64,000 nt of DNA. Origin: Candidatus Bathyarchaeota archaeon (GTDB lineage: Archaea; Thermoproteota; Bathyarchaeia; 40CM-2-53-6). This document shows positions 52,975 through 63,290 of the stretch, piece by piece (the first letter of the stretch is position 1; each line of letters begins with the position of its first letter). Under the pieces are notes generated by a model, which was not told the DNA's origin, did not search any database, and was given only the letters and a program-made list of their open reading frames with translations. Where the stretch lies: assembly GCA_963833125.1 (NCBI GenBank), contig CAWHWX010000034.1, forward strand, positions 1 to 64,000, read 5' to 3'. The translations under genes were made by a program, and so were the position numbers.

Positions 52975-54649
52975 GTGGATCTTGACGTTCTAATTCCATT
53001 GGCTACGCTTGCTACAATCGGCAGAATATTCGCACTCATTGCTCTTGCGATCATAACTGGATGGCTGCTCGCGTACGCATCAATCAAGAGCAGAAGATTC
53101 GAGAACGTATACATTCCATTGACCAACGTACTCGAGTCGATACCTGTCATAGGCTTCCTCCCATTAGTTTTGGTCGCATTCGTTCTCGCTATTCCTGGCG
53201 CGATAGGAGTGGAGGCGGCTGTGGACTTTCTTGTTTTCGATGCTGTCGCATGGAATGTCTGGATTGGCGTATACCAAGCATTCAAAACCGTACCCGAACA
53301 CTTGCTTGAGGTCTCGGAAAACTACAACTTTGGTTTTCTTAGAAGAATGAGGTACCTATTCATCCCTCACTCCATCCCAAGAATAACGTCAAACATTTTC
53401 TCAAGTTTCGCCGACGCATTCTTCTATATTTCCGTTAGCGAAGTGTTTACCGCCGGAGCCGCAACGGCAAGCGTATGTCAAGGAGGCGTTTGTTCAACTT
53501 TCGGTATCGGAACACTAATCACCAGGTTTTTAGTGGAGGGGAATTATGTCGGCGTATTCTATTCCCTCGTCTCGATCGCCGTCGCAGTAATCATAGTTAC
53601 ATTAGCACTCTCATGGCTAAGTAGGTGGGCTGTAGCCAAGTACGGGGTAGATACACCGGGGATTATCAAACGCCATGCGGGTAGGTGGCGAGGGCGCATC
53701 GCTTATCCTTGGCGAAAATGGCGAGCACATAATGCCTTTCGCGGCCAAACCTTGCCATTCTCGAGGTACGCGGCGAGAATGAGACCGCATTGGCGCAATC
53801 ACCATGTGCAGAGTGATCGTTTTGATCAAGCAAAGGTGCTGAGATATGTCAGCACCTTCGTTGTCACGGCTGTCCTTGCCTATCTTGCCTACGCCTCTTT
53901 CAGGCTGATAATTTCTGTTCCCATTGCCACATGGTACGGTTTCCTGTACGAAACGCCACAACTTCTCGAATACGTAGGAGCGGATTACATTCGAGTGAGC
54001 GTAATAACCCTCGCCTCATTGGGTTTAGCGATTTTCGCAGGGTACTTCCTCGCCACCCATCACAGGTTGGGCGATGTTATCTTCCCTGCAATCCAGGCGT
54101 TTGCAGCCTTTCCAGCGCCGACCTACTTTCCCTTGCTCTTCATCGTAACCATTCCCTTCGTCGAGAATGCGTTTCCATTCTTCTATACGGAGGTTTACAT
54201 ATTCTTGCTAGGTTTCCTAAGTTGTTTCTACTACGTCTTTTTCGATTTTTGGATAGGCGTTCAGGCCATCCCGTCGGAATTTCTCGATGTAGTGCGGAAC
54301 CATGAGATACCCTTCTGGGCTAGGATGAGACACGATAATACTGCCTGCAAGCCTACCCTATCTCATTACAGGCCTCTCTAGTACAATTAACAGTGCGTGG
54401 GCGGGTATGGCAATTGGCGAGTTCTGGCCTGACATTGCCCCGAAGATCTCTCCTCACGGGCTTCAAGCTCCATTCGGAATGATGTATTACATCACATCAA
54501 ACATGGCGAATGGAGCGATAGGGCGCACTGCCTACGTTTCATTGCTGTTTGCCGTTGTCGTTGCCATCTATGGAATATTCTTCACAAGGAACCTTATGGA
54601 CTTGGCTCGGAGAAAGTATGTGGTAGAGGAAGGCATTTTCGCAGCATAA
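52975..54649 (+). CDS. ABC permease with two fused TMD modules, frameshifted near 54335
   Basis: LESIPVIGF...AWN...YQAFK.VP repeated as AFPAPTYFP...IPSE; tail in ORF 54407-54649. Confidence 0.85.
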
Positions 54650-54669
54650 AACCGAGTCAATGGAATCAG

Positions 54670-55707
54670 CTAAGTATGAAGGGCTCCCTTGCTTAACAAT
54701 TTGAAGCCATAATGATATGCTGCTACACCAGTTATGGGAAGTTCTAACCAAACAGTTACGAGTCTAGACAATATAGCAGCCGAAGCAGCAATAGAAACCG
54801 GGACGCCAAATAACGCTAGAACAGTAGTTACGGCAGTTTCGTAGACTCCTATCATGCCTGGAATCGCGACAGGCGTCATCTGTATCATCTTACCTATCGA
54901 AATTGTTATCATAGCCACCCAGAGCGACGCGTTTGTATCCAGTGAGACGAGTACGATCCAGAGTATTGCAACTGAGCAAATCCAATCGCCTAGGCTCGCC
55001 AGAAATGATAGTAACAAGTGCAGTTTTGACGATATCATCTCCCTGAATCCTATGTTGTACTCCGTTAGAAATTGTTCAGCCTTGCCTTCTACGACGGCTT
55101 CTTTCTGTATCAACTTAATGATCGGCCGCGCAAGCTTGAGGACGCGGTTTAGGATAGGCGCGATCTTCCTTGGGTCGAAAGAGAGATAGAGTAGCACCGC
55201 CAGCCCAGCTATTGTCAAAAAGGGGATCGAAGCTAGTTCGATTAGACCGATGGATGTCATGCCCTGGCTTAGGAGGGCGAATAGTGCGAATGCAGTCGTG
55301 GCTAGGAAGCCGAGCACGTACAGAATCCTATGAAGAACGACTGTAGAAGTGGATTCACCCAGTTTCATGCCTGTCTCCTTGGAGCCTAGGATGCACCTCG
55401 CAGCCTCCATGAAGACCCCGCTCGGCATCGTGTATACCACAAAAATGCTTGCGAGGCTTATTCCTAGACATGTTAGGAAACGCATGCGGTAACCAGCAGC
55501 TTCTATCAAGAAGTACCACGCCGTTGCATAGAATCCAAAGCCTAGCAATTGGAGTCCTACCATTAGAAGTATGACGACCGGATTGACGCTCAGAATGATT
55601 CTAACTAAGGAATCGATTCCGACATAAAACAAGAAACCGAGGAGAACCCCAAATCCAATCGCGAAACCAGCGAGGCGACTGATCGTTTCTCTTCTCATAA
55701 TTCGCAT
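54670..55707 (-). CDS. Lysylphosphatidylglycerol-synthase-TM / flippase-like (UPF0104) membrane protein
   Basis: MPSG..MEAAR, TPVAIPGMIGVYE, ILSRLVTVW. Confidence 0.8.
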   Translation of the reverse strand: MRIMRRETISRLAGFAIGFGVLLGFLFYVGIDSLVRIILSVNPVVILLMVGLQLLGFGFYATAWYFLIEAAGYRMRFLTCLGISLASIFVVYTMPSGVFMEAARCILGSKETGMKLGESTSTVVLHRILYVLGFLATTAFALFALLSQGMTSIGLIELASIPFLTIAGLAVLLYLSFDPRKIAPILNRVLKLARPIIKLIQKEAVVEGKAEQFLTEYNIGFREMISSKLHLLLSFLASLGDWICSVAILWIVLVSLDTNASLWVAMITISIGKMIQMTPVAIPGMIGVYETAVTTVLALFGVPVSIAASAAILSRLVTVWLELPITGVAAYHYGFKLLSKGALHT

Positions 55708-55816
55708 CTCCAGTGAATTTTCGGAAGCGCCTCGAATATGACCCGGTACTCATTCACACTTATATGCATCGACCATCGCGAATGCCAAGAGACGAGAAAG
55801 TTAGAGGTCGAGTGGC

Positions 55817-57532
55817 GTGAGTGAAACGCTGACATTCGACGTCGTAATTGTTGGCTCCGGATTAGCAGGTCTCCGCGCTGCCATTGAGGCGGCACGGGTG
55901 TCAGATGGCAAAACCAGCATCGCTGTGGTAACAAAAGTTCAGGCTATGAGGTCACATTCCGTATCAGCCGAAGGTGGTACCGCCGCAGTTCTGTACCCTG
56001 ACAAGGGTGACACGTTCGAATCCCATATCTACGACACGGTCAAAGGTAGCGATTTTCTTGCCGATCAGGACGCCGTCGATTTCTTCGTACGAGCTATGCC
56101 CGCGGAGATATACCAACTTGAGCATTGGGGAATGCCTTGGTCCAGAACAGAAGACGGTAGGATAGCACAACGCAACTTCGGAGGTTACAATTTTCCACGA
56201 GCAACGTTTGCAGCCGATCGGGTTGGATTCTTCGAGATGCAGACGCTTTACGACACTACTCGCAAGTTCGAGAACATCCAGTTCCTCCAAGAATGGTTTG
56301 TTACGTCGCTGATCGTGGACCATGGCACGTTTAGAGGCTTGACAGCGATAGATATGAAGACTGGAGACTTTCATCCCTTTAACGCTAAGGCAGGGATAAT
56401 TGCCACGGGCGGAGCTGGAAGGCTTTACAGATTCGCAACTTTCGGATACTCGTCGACTCCGGATGGGCTGTCATTAGCCTACCGTGCGGGAGCGCCGATA
56501 ATGGACATGGAGTTCGTGCAATTTCATCCCACCGGACTGATTCCTTCGGGAATTCTGATTACCGAAGGAGCGTGCGGAGACGGGGCAGTATTGATCAATA
56601 AGGATGGCGAGAGGTTCATGAAGAAGTACGCACCGCAGAAGTTGGACCTCGCCTCACGTGACGTCGTATCAAGAGCAATCATAACGGAGATTCAGGAAGG
56701 CAGGGGGCTGAAGGATTCTGTGAGCGGGATGGATTATATGCTGCTCGACCTTCGGCAGTTAGGCGCTGAAAAAATCAATGAAAGACTCTCTGGGATAAGG
56801 GAGATAGCGCTAAAGTTCAAGGGAATCGATCCGATTAACGAACCTTTGCCGATAAGACCAGTGTGCCATTACATGATGGGGGGTGTCAAAACAAACATGA
56901 ACGCCGAAACGCCCATAGCCGGGCTTTGGGCCGCAGGCGAAGCCGCCTGCGTTAGCATAAACGGAGCCAACCGCCTCGGCGCAAACTCGACAGCCGAGTG
57001 CCTTGTGTTTGGCGCACAGAGCGGGGCAGGAGCAGCGAAATACGCGATGGCCCGAGAAACCAGAAGTTTAGACATGCAGTCGGTAGAACAAGATGAAAAA
57101 CGAATCTTCGATGAAATTTTACATGGAAGCGGCTCCGAGAACCCTTACGAGATCCGTAACCAAGCCCAAACAATCATGGACAAGTACGCATACGTCTACC
57201 GAAGTGGGACCGGGCTCGAACAAGGTTTGCGAGAGTTACGCGCTCTCCACAAGAGAGCGTTTAGGCATGTCGAGGATCAAGCGAAGGAGTATAATAGCAA
57301 CTTCATTAATGTGCTCGAGCTAGAATCGATGTTCGAAATATCCGAAATCATTTTGGCGGGCGGCCTCAACCGAAGAGAATCGCGGGGCGCCCATTCGCGC
57401 ATCGACTACCCAAAGAGGGACGATGAGCATTGGCTGAAGCACACTCTAGCCTACTACACAGGTGACGAGCCGCGGCTTGACTACGGGCCGGTGACAATCA
57501 CGAACTACCAACCTGCCGAGCGTCATTATTGA
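55817..57532 (+). CDS. sdhA: Succinate dehydrogenase/fumarate reductase flavoprotein subunit
   Basis: GSGLAG, RSHSVSAEGG, QFHPTG, SRDVVSRA, HYMMGG, GANRLGANS, ESRGAH. Confidence 0.95.
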   Translation: MSETLTFDVVIVGSGLAGLRAAIEAARVSDGKTSIAVVTKVQAMRSHSVSAEGGTAAVLYPDKGDTFESHIYDTVKGSDFLADQDAVDFFVRAMPAEIYQLEHWGMPWSRTEDGRIAQRNFGGYNFPRATFAADRVGFFEMQTLYDTTRKFENIQFLQEWFVTSLIVDHGTFRGLTAIDMKTGDFHPFNAKAGIIATGGAGRLYRFATFGYSSTPDGLSLAYRAGAPIMDMEFVQFHPTGLIPSGILITEGACGDGAVLINKDGERFMKKYAPQKLDLASRDVVSRAIITEIQEGRGLKDSVSGMDYMLLDLRQLGAEKINERLSGIREIALKFKGIDPINEPLPIRPVCHYMMGGVKTNMNAETPIAGLWAAGEAACVSINGANRLGANSTAECLVFGAQSGAGAAKYAMARETRSLDMQSVEQDEKRIFDEILHGSGSENPYEIRNQAQTIMDKYAYVYRSGTGLEQGLRELRALHKRAFRHVEDQAKEYNSNFINVLELESMFEISEIILAGGLNRRESRGAHSRIDYPKRDDEHWLKHTLAYYTGDEPRLDYGPVTITNYQPAERHY

Positions 57533-57542
57533 GGGATCGATT

Positions 57543-58313
57543 TTGCGGGTCGGAGAAACATTCAAGCTGAGAGTTCGGCGCGAGAACCCAGCGACTAAGA
57601 CGGGGCCAACTTTTCAGGAGTTCGATATTCCGTACGAAGAAGGCCTGACTGTTTTGGAGGCATTGCTCCGCGCAAAGGAACATTTTGATCATTCGATTGC
57701 GATTCGATTCTCGTGCAGAATGGCGTCCTGCGGTTCATGTGGAATGCTCATCAACGGCAAACCAGGGCTTGCTTGCTATACGCAAATCAATGAAGTCTCT
57801 GCGAAGTCAATCACAGTAGCGCCGCTTGACCACTATCCGCTCGTGCGTGATCTGGTGACTGACTTTCATGGATTCTTTGACAAGCACAAGTCTGTGTCGC
57901 CGTTCCTTCTACGGCGGAACGTTGCTGAACAGGAGACTTCAAAGTCAGAATATTATCAGAGCAGCGAAGAGCTTGACAGTTTTCTCCAATTCTCATATTG
58001 CATAAAATGTGGGCTATGCAATGCCGCATGTCCCACGATGGCCAACGATTCTAAATTCATAGGGCCTCAAGCCCTCGGACAAGCCTACCGCTACGTCGCT
58101 GATTCAAGAGACGAGGGTGCCTTACAACGCCTAAAGGCCGTAGATCGGGAGCATGGCATTTGGCGGTGCCACTTTGCGGGGTCGTGCAGTTTCGTCTGCC
58201 CAAAGGGTGTTGACCCAGCATTGGCAATTCAGAAGCTCAGAGGATTGACCCTTTCTAAGGGTCGGGCAAACAGAACCGGCACTTTGCTTATGCCTGTGAA
58301 GACTGCTAACTAA
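57543..58313 (+). CDS. sdhB: Succinate dehydrogenase/fumarate reductase iron-sulfur subunit
   Basis: SCRMASCGSC...C, CIKCGLCNAACP, CHFAGSCSFVCP. Confidence 0.95.
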   Translation: MRVGETFKLRVRRENPATKTGPTFQEFDIPYEEGLTVLEALLRAKEHFDHSIAIRFSCRMASCGSCGMLINGKPGLACYTQINEVSAKSITVAPLDHYPLVRDLVTDFHGFFDKHKSVSPFLLRRNVAEQETSKSEYYQSSEELDSFLQFSYCIKCGLCNAACPTMANDSKFIGPQALGQAYRYVADSRDEGALQRLKAVDREHGIWRCHFAGSCSFVCPKGVDPALAIQKLRGLTLSKGRANRTGTLLMPVKTAN

Positions 58314-58325
58314 GGCTGACACACG

Positions 58326-58505
58326 ATGGGTGTTGATTCAGCCTTCTTGAAGAAGGGTAACAAGCTAGACTCGATGATCGTCAAATGTGCAGTGTGCGGC
58401 AATAAGATTGATGTATACATTAACGCGATTTCTTCAGCTGGCGAGGTTTGGCCTTTCTGCGAAACCTGCAAATCATACGTAGATGTTGTCCCATCTGACC
58501 AGTGA
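58326..58505 (+). CDS. Small CxxC...CxxC Zn-ribbon protein (59 aa); not in ORF track
   Basis: MGVDSAFLKKGNKLDSMIVKCAVCGNKIDVYINAISSAGEVWPFCETCKSYVDVVPSDQ*; fills the sdhB-glyS gap. Confidence 0.6.
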   Translation: MGVDSAFLKKGNKLDSMIVKCAVCGNKIDVYINAISSAGEVWPFCETCKSYVDVVPSDQ

Positions 58506-58551
58506 AATTGGATTGTTCTAATTCACGAATTGAAGAAAAGATGATTTTGCC

Positions 58552-60315
58552 TTGGCGGGAATAGACAAATACGAATTGCTCTCGGACTTGGCAAAACGTC
58601 GAGGGTTCTTCTGGCCATCCTTTGAAATCTACGGAGGGATAAGTGGCTACCTTGACCTCGGGCCTTTAGGCTGGAAACTGAGACGACGAATAGAGGACAA
58701 ATGGCTCCAACTGTTCGCATACCGGCATGGGTATGCAGCCATATCGACTCCAGTCATTACTCCCGAGAAAGTCTTCAAGGCGTCCGGTCATGTTGAACAC
58801 TTCAAGGACTTAATGGTAAATTGCCTGCAATGTAAGAGACATTTCCGAGCCGACTACGTGATAACCGAAGCGATGCCCGCCCGAACCAACATCGCTGCAG
58901 AAGCCATGACGGCCGCAGAAATCGACGCGTTCATCACAGAAAATCTCATCCGTTGTCCAGAGTGCGGCGGCACTCTAAGCAAAGCAGAGTTCTATTCGAC
59001 CATGTTCAAGACGAACATTGGCCCCTATGGCGACGTGACGGGATATGGTCGACCCGAAGCTGCGCAAGGAATATTCGTCGACTTCAAACGCGTCTATGAA
59101 GCGAGCCGCGAAAGACTCCCGCTCGGCATCGCGCAAGTCGGCACAGTCATGAGAAACGAGATCTCCCCGAGACAGGGACCGATTAGATTGAGAGAATTTA
59201 CCATAATGGAGATGGAATTGTTCTTCGATCCGAACGAGCCTCGCTGCCCGTTCTTGGATCAAGTCAAGGAAACCGAACTGCCAATTCTCCTTGCAAGCGA
59301 GCGGGAACGGAAGAGCTCGCAGATCACACATGTCTCACCACAGGAGGCGGTGACTAAGGGCATTGTTCTTACAGAATGGATGGCTTACTTCATGGCACTT
59401 TCAATAGAGTTCGTGAAGAGCCTCGGTATACCTACTGACAAGCAAAGATTCGAAGAGAAAATGATCACAGAAAGGTCGCACTACTCCAGCCAAACTTTCG
59501 ACCATCAGATTTGGCTCGACCGTTGGGGTTGGGTGGAAATAGCCGGTCATGCCTACCGCACGGACTTCGATTTAACCGCGCACATAAAATCCTCAGGCGC
59601 TGACCTTTCGGTCTTCAAACCATATGACAACCCTATATCACGGAAAGTAAAGAGCATTGTACCCCTCGACTCCGTTCTAGGTCCATTGTTGAGGGAAAGA
59701 AGCAAGCTAGTAATCGACGCGCTAAAGTCGAGTAATCCGGACGAAGTTACGAAGGCTTTCGAGAAATTTGGTTTCTTCGAAGTTCAAGGATTCAAGATTC
59801 TTCCGACACACGTTCGTTTCGAAGAACAAACCATACGGGAGGCGGGTCGACGAGTCGTTCCGTATGTGGTGGAACCTAGCTTCGGCGCTGAGAGATTAGT
59901 GTATTCAGCGTTAGAACACGCATACACACGCTCTAAAGATCGGGTTGTGTTAAGACTTCCCAAGAGTCTAGTTCCAATTCAAGTCATGGTCTTTCCCCTA
60001 ATGGGAAAAGACGGACTTCCCGAACTAGCATCCAAGATTCAAACGCGGCTGTCGGAGAGTGGACTTGAAGTAGAATACGACGAATCAGGAACAATTGGAA
60101 GGCGCTATGCGCGAGCCGACGAAGTAGGGGTTCCACTATCGGTTACCGTCGATTACAAGTCTAAGGAGGACAAGACGGTAACAATCCGGGACCGAGATAC
60201 GTGGAAGCAGGTTCGGGGAGATTGGGAAAAACTCCCGGAAACAGTGTTACGGTTCTTCCGGGGAGAGATTGAATTCGAGGCACTCGGTAAAGCGGTTGAC
60301 ACCTCTTATGAGTAG
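58552..60315 (+). CDS. glyS: Glycine--tRNA ligase (archaeal/eukaryotic type)
   Basis: KRRGFFWPSFEIYGG, ASGHVEHF, RPEAAQG, RNEISPRQG..RLREF..ME, VEPSFG.ER, IGRRYARADEVG. Confidence 0.96.
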   Translation: MAGIDKYELLSDLAKRRGFFWPSFEIYGGISGYLDLGPLGWKLRRRIEDKWLQLFAYRHGYAAISTPVITPEKVFKASGHVEHFKDLMVNCLQCKRHFRADYVITEAMPARTNIAAEAMTAAEIDAFITENLIRCPECGGTLSKAEFYSTMFKTNIGPYGDVTGYGRPEAAQGIFVDFKRVYEASRERLPLGIAQVGTVMRNEISPRQGPIRLREFTIMEMELFFDPNEPRCPFLDQVKETELPILLASERERKSSQITHVSPQEAVTKGIVLTEWMAYFMALSIEFVKSLGIPTDKQRFEEKMITERSHYSSQTFDHQIWLDRWGWVEIAGHAYRTDFDLTAHIKSSGADLSVFKPYDNPISRKVKSIVPLDSVLGPLLRERSKLVIDALKSSNPDEVTKAFEKFGFFEVQGFKILPTHVRFEEQTIREAGRRVVPYVVEPSFGAERLVYSALEHAYTRSKDRVVLRLPKSLVPIQVMVFPLMGKDGLPELASKIQTRLSESGLEVEYDESGTIGRRYARADEVGVPLSVTVDYKSKEDKTVTIRDRDTWKQVRGDWEKLPETVLRFFRGEIEFEALGKAVDTSYE

Positions 60316-60392
60316 TGGGAACCGGTAATCTGGGCCATGGTTTAAGTTCTGATTCACACTAGTATACTTGAAAGAAACTGCGGTGCACCCAT

Positions 60393-61052
60393 GTGGCATT
60401 TCCAATAGAGACAGAAGCAAACATACGTCGTAGGATGCTGGATCTCTGTCAGACGCACGCTAGAAATGTCGTCGAGATAACCAGGCAGCTTGTGGTTCTC
60501 ATGGACAATATCGCCGAGAAGAAGACGAAGCTCGCTAAGGAAAACTATGAGGCCATGCTCAAAGCCCTTGAAGAGAACGACAAGAACAAGGCAACCTTTC
60601 TGGCAGAAGTTGCCTCAGTCGGCACGTTGCTAGTCAGCAGGGAGGATTTCCTGCGTCTGCTCTTTCGGCTTGGTGAGGTGGCTGAATATTGCGAGGCGAT
60701 GGGTTTCAGACTCATGTGCGTTGTCGATTTGAAATGGAAATTGGACACGAAGAGATTAGAAGAGGTTTCGCATCTTATGGGCTCAGTCCTGAAAGAGATA
60801 TCGAAAGTAAGAGAAACCCTTCACTCACTCTCCTTCGATGCCGATAAGGCTGTCGAGATTGCGAAAACCGTCGAGGGATTAGAACGCGAAATCGACGCTG
60901 AATCTCGCAAATTAGACTTAGAACTCATGGCAAGCAAGATGCCTATCTCATCCGTGCTATTCTTCCGAGACCTAGTCGATAGAGCAGAAAGGATCGCAGA
61001 TATCGGCGTTGACGTTGTGGATCACATCCGAGTACTCGCTCTGACTGCTTAG
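60393..61052 (+). CDS. DUF47/PhoU-like helical protein
   Basis: Helical repeat with SREDFLRL, LEREID, ERIAD. Confidence 0.75.
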   Translation: MAFPIETEANIRRRMLDLCQTHARNVVEITRQLVVLMDNIAEKKTKLAKENYEAMLKALEENDKNKATFLAEVASVGTLLVSREDFLRLLFRLGEVAEYCEAMGFRLMCVVDLKWKLDTKRLEEVSHLMGSVLKEISKVRETLHSLSFDADKAVEIAKTVEGLEREIDAESRKLDLELMASKMPISSVLFFRDLVDRAERIADIGVDVVDHIRVLALTA

Positions 61053-61064
61053 GTAGTCTCACGA

Positions 61065-61622
61065 ATGGCAGACGTTGCGTCAGCCGAACTAATCGGCACT
61101 AGGCTGGTCGTCTGGGACTTCGCTGAAGCAGTGCGGCTCTACCGTATGGGCTTCTTCGGGAAACCAGTCGGAATTCCCAAACCTAAACCCGAGCAGGAAT
61201 TCAAAGCCCCGCTAATACTCGACCTCATGGAAGGCCTGTACCTTCTTGACCGGAAGATCATCAAAGTTACAGACGCAACGACGAATAAGTTAGTGAGCAG
61301 GGCTAAGCTGCTGAAACTGGCCAACCGCACTTACAAACAATTCAACCTAGGATATGCCGCCTACGAGAACCTCCGCGAGAAGGGGCTCATTGTGACGCCG
61401 GGGATTAGGTTCGGATCTGATTTTGCGATCTACGAACATGGCCCCGGCATCGACCACGCGCCCTTCATCGTGACTGTGAAGAAGGAGCAGGAAACAATGG
61501 GCCCCTTCGAGGTCGTTCTTGCAGGACGACTTGCAACAACGGTCCGAAAACAATTCACCATAGCGGTACCAAATCGACGCAACAACGTGGATTACCTAGT
61601 TTTCCGATGGTTCAAAGCGTAA
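61065..61622 (+). CDS. endA: tRNA-intron lyase (splicing endonuclease), catalytic subunit
   Basis: GIRFGSDFAIY..GPGIDHAPF, RLATTVRK (Tyr/His/Lys triad); N-terminal GFFGKPVGIPKPK loop. Confidence 0.92.
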   Translation: MADVASAELIGTRLVVWDFAEAVRLYRMGFFGKPVGIPKPKPEQEFKAPLILDLMEGLYLLDRKIIKVTDATTNKLVSRAKLLKLANRTYKQFNLGYAAYENLREKGLIVTPGIRFGSDFAIYEHGPGIDHAPFIVTVKKEQETMGPFEVVLAGRLATTVRKQFTIAVPNRRNNVDYLVFRWFKA

Positions 61623-61647
61623 GACATGCCCACCATTAAGCCGTGAG

Positions 61648-62512
61648 CTAAGTTCGCGCAGTCAGCTGCACTAGCTCCCTGTCCTTTACAAACCCCATCT
61701 TGTCTAGAAGACGCTTCATTACCTCATTGGTCGCTGGACTCCAGACGGTCAGCTTTGTTACCCCTTTTCCTTCCTTGACTAACCTATTCATCGCAGATGC
61801 TATCTCCGTGGTTGCTAACCCCGCCGCTCTGTAAAGGGGATGAGTAAAGACCTGTGCAACATTAGCTTCAACCGGAGATACTCTCGTAACGAGACATGCG
61901 CTCACCAGGTTCGGAAAAGCACCACTCGCAAAAGAGGCGCCTGAAACGTAGTCCCCAAGCTTCCCTGACATTACGTTTCTTATTACATTCTCGGTTGATT
62001 GAGCGTCGGAGTACGCGCCCTTCGGGTACGCCTCGTACATTAGGTTTGATAATGTGGGAATCTCTTTGTCGGTTGGATTCATGAGAGGAAGAATCGGCAT
62101 CATTCTCGTTTCTAATGGAGCGCGTGAAAATCTGATCAAGGGTGTCACGCTTCTCGAAACCATTAGATAGGAATGAATCCGCTTGGTCGGCCTGGGCGTT
62201 TACTTGGAGGTTTGTGATTCTCTGCATATCTTCACGTAGGGGTGCGATAACGGATTCTAACGACGTGCTTCTATCATAGCATAATCGGGATATGTTCGCT
62301 GTGGGCTCCGAAATTTCTGCTGAGAACAACGCGACTGGCCGGTCTGATGTGAGGACGTACCACGAATTTCCCAGCGAAGCTATAGCCTTGCCTACAGCTT
62401 CGGTGCTCGTCGTGTGTGCAAATGTCTGTTCCATGAAATCGTGGTCTTGGCAGACAAAACGCGCAACTGATTGTAGGACATTCGGGGAACATTTTCCGAC
62501 TTTGGTGATCAT
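61648..62512 (-). CDS. Tandem GNAT-fold acetyltransferase-like protein, frameshifted near 62150
   Basis: QVFTHPLYRAAGLA, N..M.RLLDKMGF; the N-half (61868-62512 frame) ends FLSNGFEK. Confidence 0.7.
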
Positions 62513-62574
62513 GTTTCATCAGATACCTTGGAAAAACCCATATTCCTCAGTATAATCAATCCGGTCCGATTCTC

Positions 62575-62853
62575 ATGTACAGAGGGCTAGTTGTTTCCGG
62601 GGCCATCCTCGCTGTATTCGGGGGCTTCCTAGTCTTCACTGACTTCTACGTTCCGCTTGGGGTTTCCCTTTTCGGTTTGCCTATTTCGGTTGTGGGAGGA
62701 ATCATGTTTGCTCTGGGTTTATTGTGCGCAGAACCTAAGCCTCTGGAGCCTGAACCAGGTAAGAAGTTCTGCTGGTACTGTATGAAGCAAATTCCTGCGA
62801 ATGCTGCAGATTGCCCCGAATGTAGTCTACCACAGCATGACCCAAGTGATTGA
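62575..62853 (+). CDS. Small 2-TM protein with C-terminal Zn-ribbon
   Basis: Two TMs followed by KFCWYC...CPEC. Confidence 0.75.
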   Translation: MYRGLVVSGAILAVFGGFLVFTDFYVPLGVSLFGLPISVVGGIMFALGLLCAEPKPLEPEPGKKFCWYCMKQIPANAADCPECSLPQHDPSD

Positions 62854-62872
62854 TGCGGTTATCCAGTGAACA

Positions 62873-63217
62873 CTAAGTAGACTGATTCTCTTTCTTTTCA
62901 ACTGGGGAAGCTTCGTTCGGCTCTTCGCGTAGCTGGATATGCGCTTGCCCTTCCATGATTTTCCTTTGTAGAGCAGTAATCAATTCATCAATGCCGGCAT
63001 CGTCTAGACCCAATTTCCTCAACTCTGCAAGGATCTCTTCTGAAAGAGTCGCATTGATATTTGGGCCGCCATAGCCCTCCATGCCAATCGCACCAAACTT
63101 CAGGCGATTGCTTTTGTATTCAAAATATCCGGAAATGTAAGTGACTCTACCTTGCTCGTCTAAGATGTCGATATAGACCTCGAGATCATCTGGCAGTTCT
63201 GGTCGGCTCATCAGCAA
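62873..63217 (-). CDS. Hypothetical acidic protein
   Basis: Protein-like composition; fills an intergenic gap. Confidence 0.6.
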   Translation of the reverse strand: MLMSRPELPDDLEVYIDILDEQGRVTYISGYFEYKSNRLKFGAIGMEGYGGPNINATLSEEILAELRKLGLDDAGIDELITALQRKIMEGQAHIQLREEPNEASPVEKKENQST

Positions 63218-63290
63218 TCAACCTAGCTGTACATTCATTCGTGGGACACACGAATATAGTTGTCTCGCTTATGCAAAACTGTGCAAGAGT

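Noticed and set aside
8322-62512. Programmed frameshifting or mass pseudogenisation in the GT2 at 8322, trmI, asnB, nadE, hppA, the aminotransferase, ABC and GNAT genes
   Set aside because: Breaks are scattered 1-2 nt indels with no shared slippery motif, in genes whose catalytic motifs are otherwise intact. Uncorrected long-read error is the simpler explanation.
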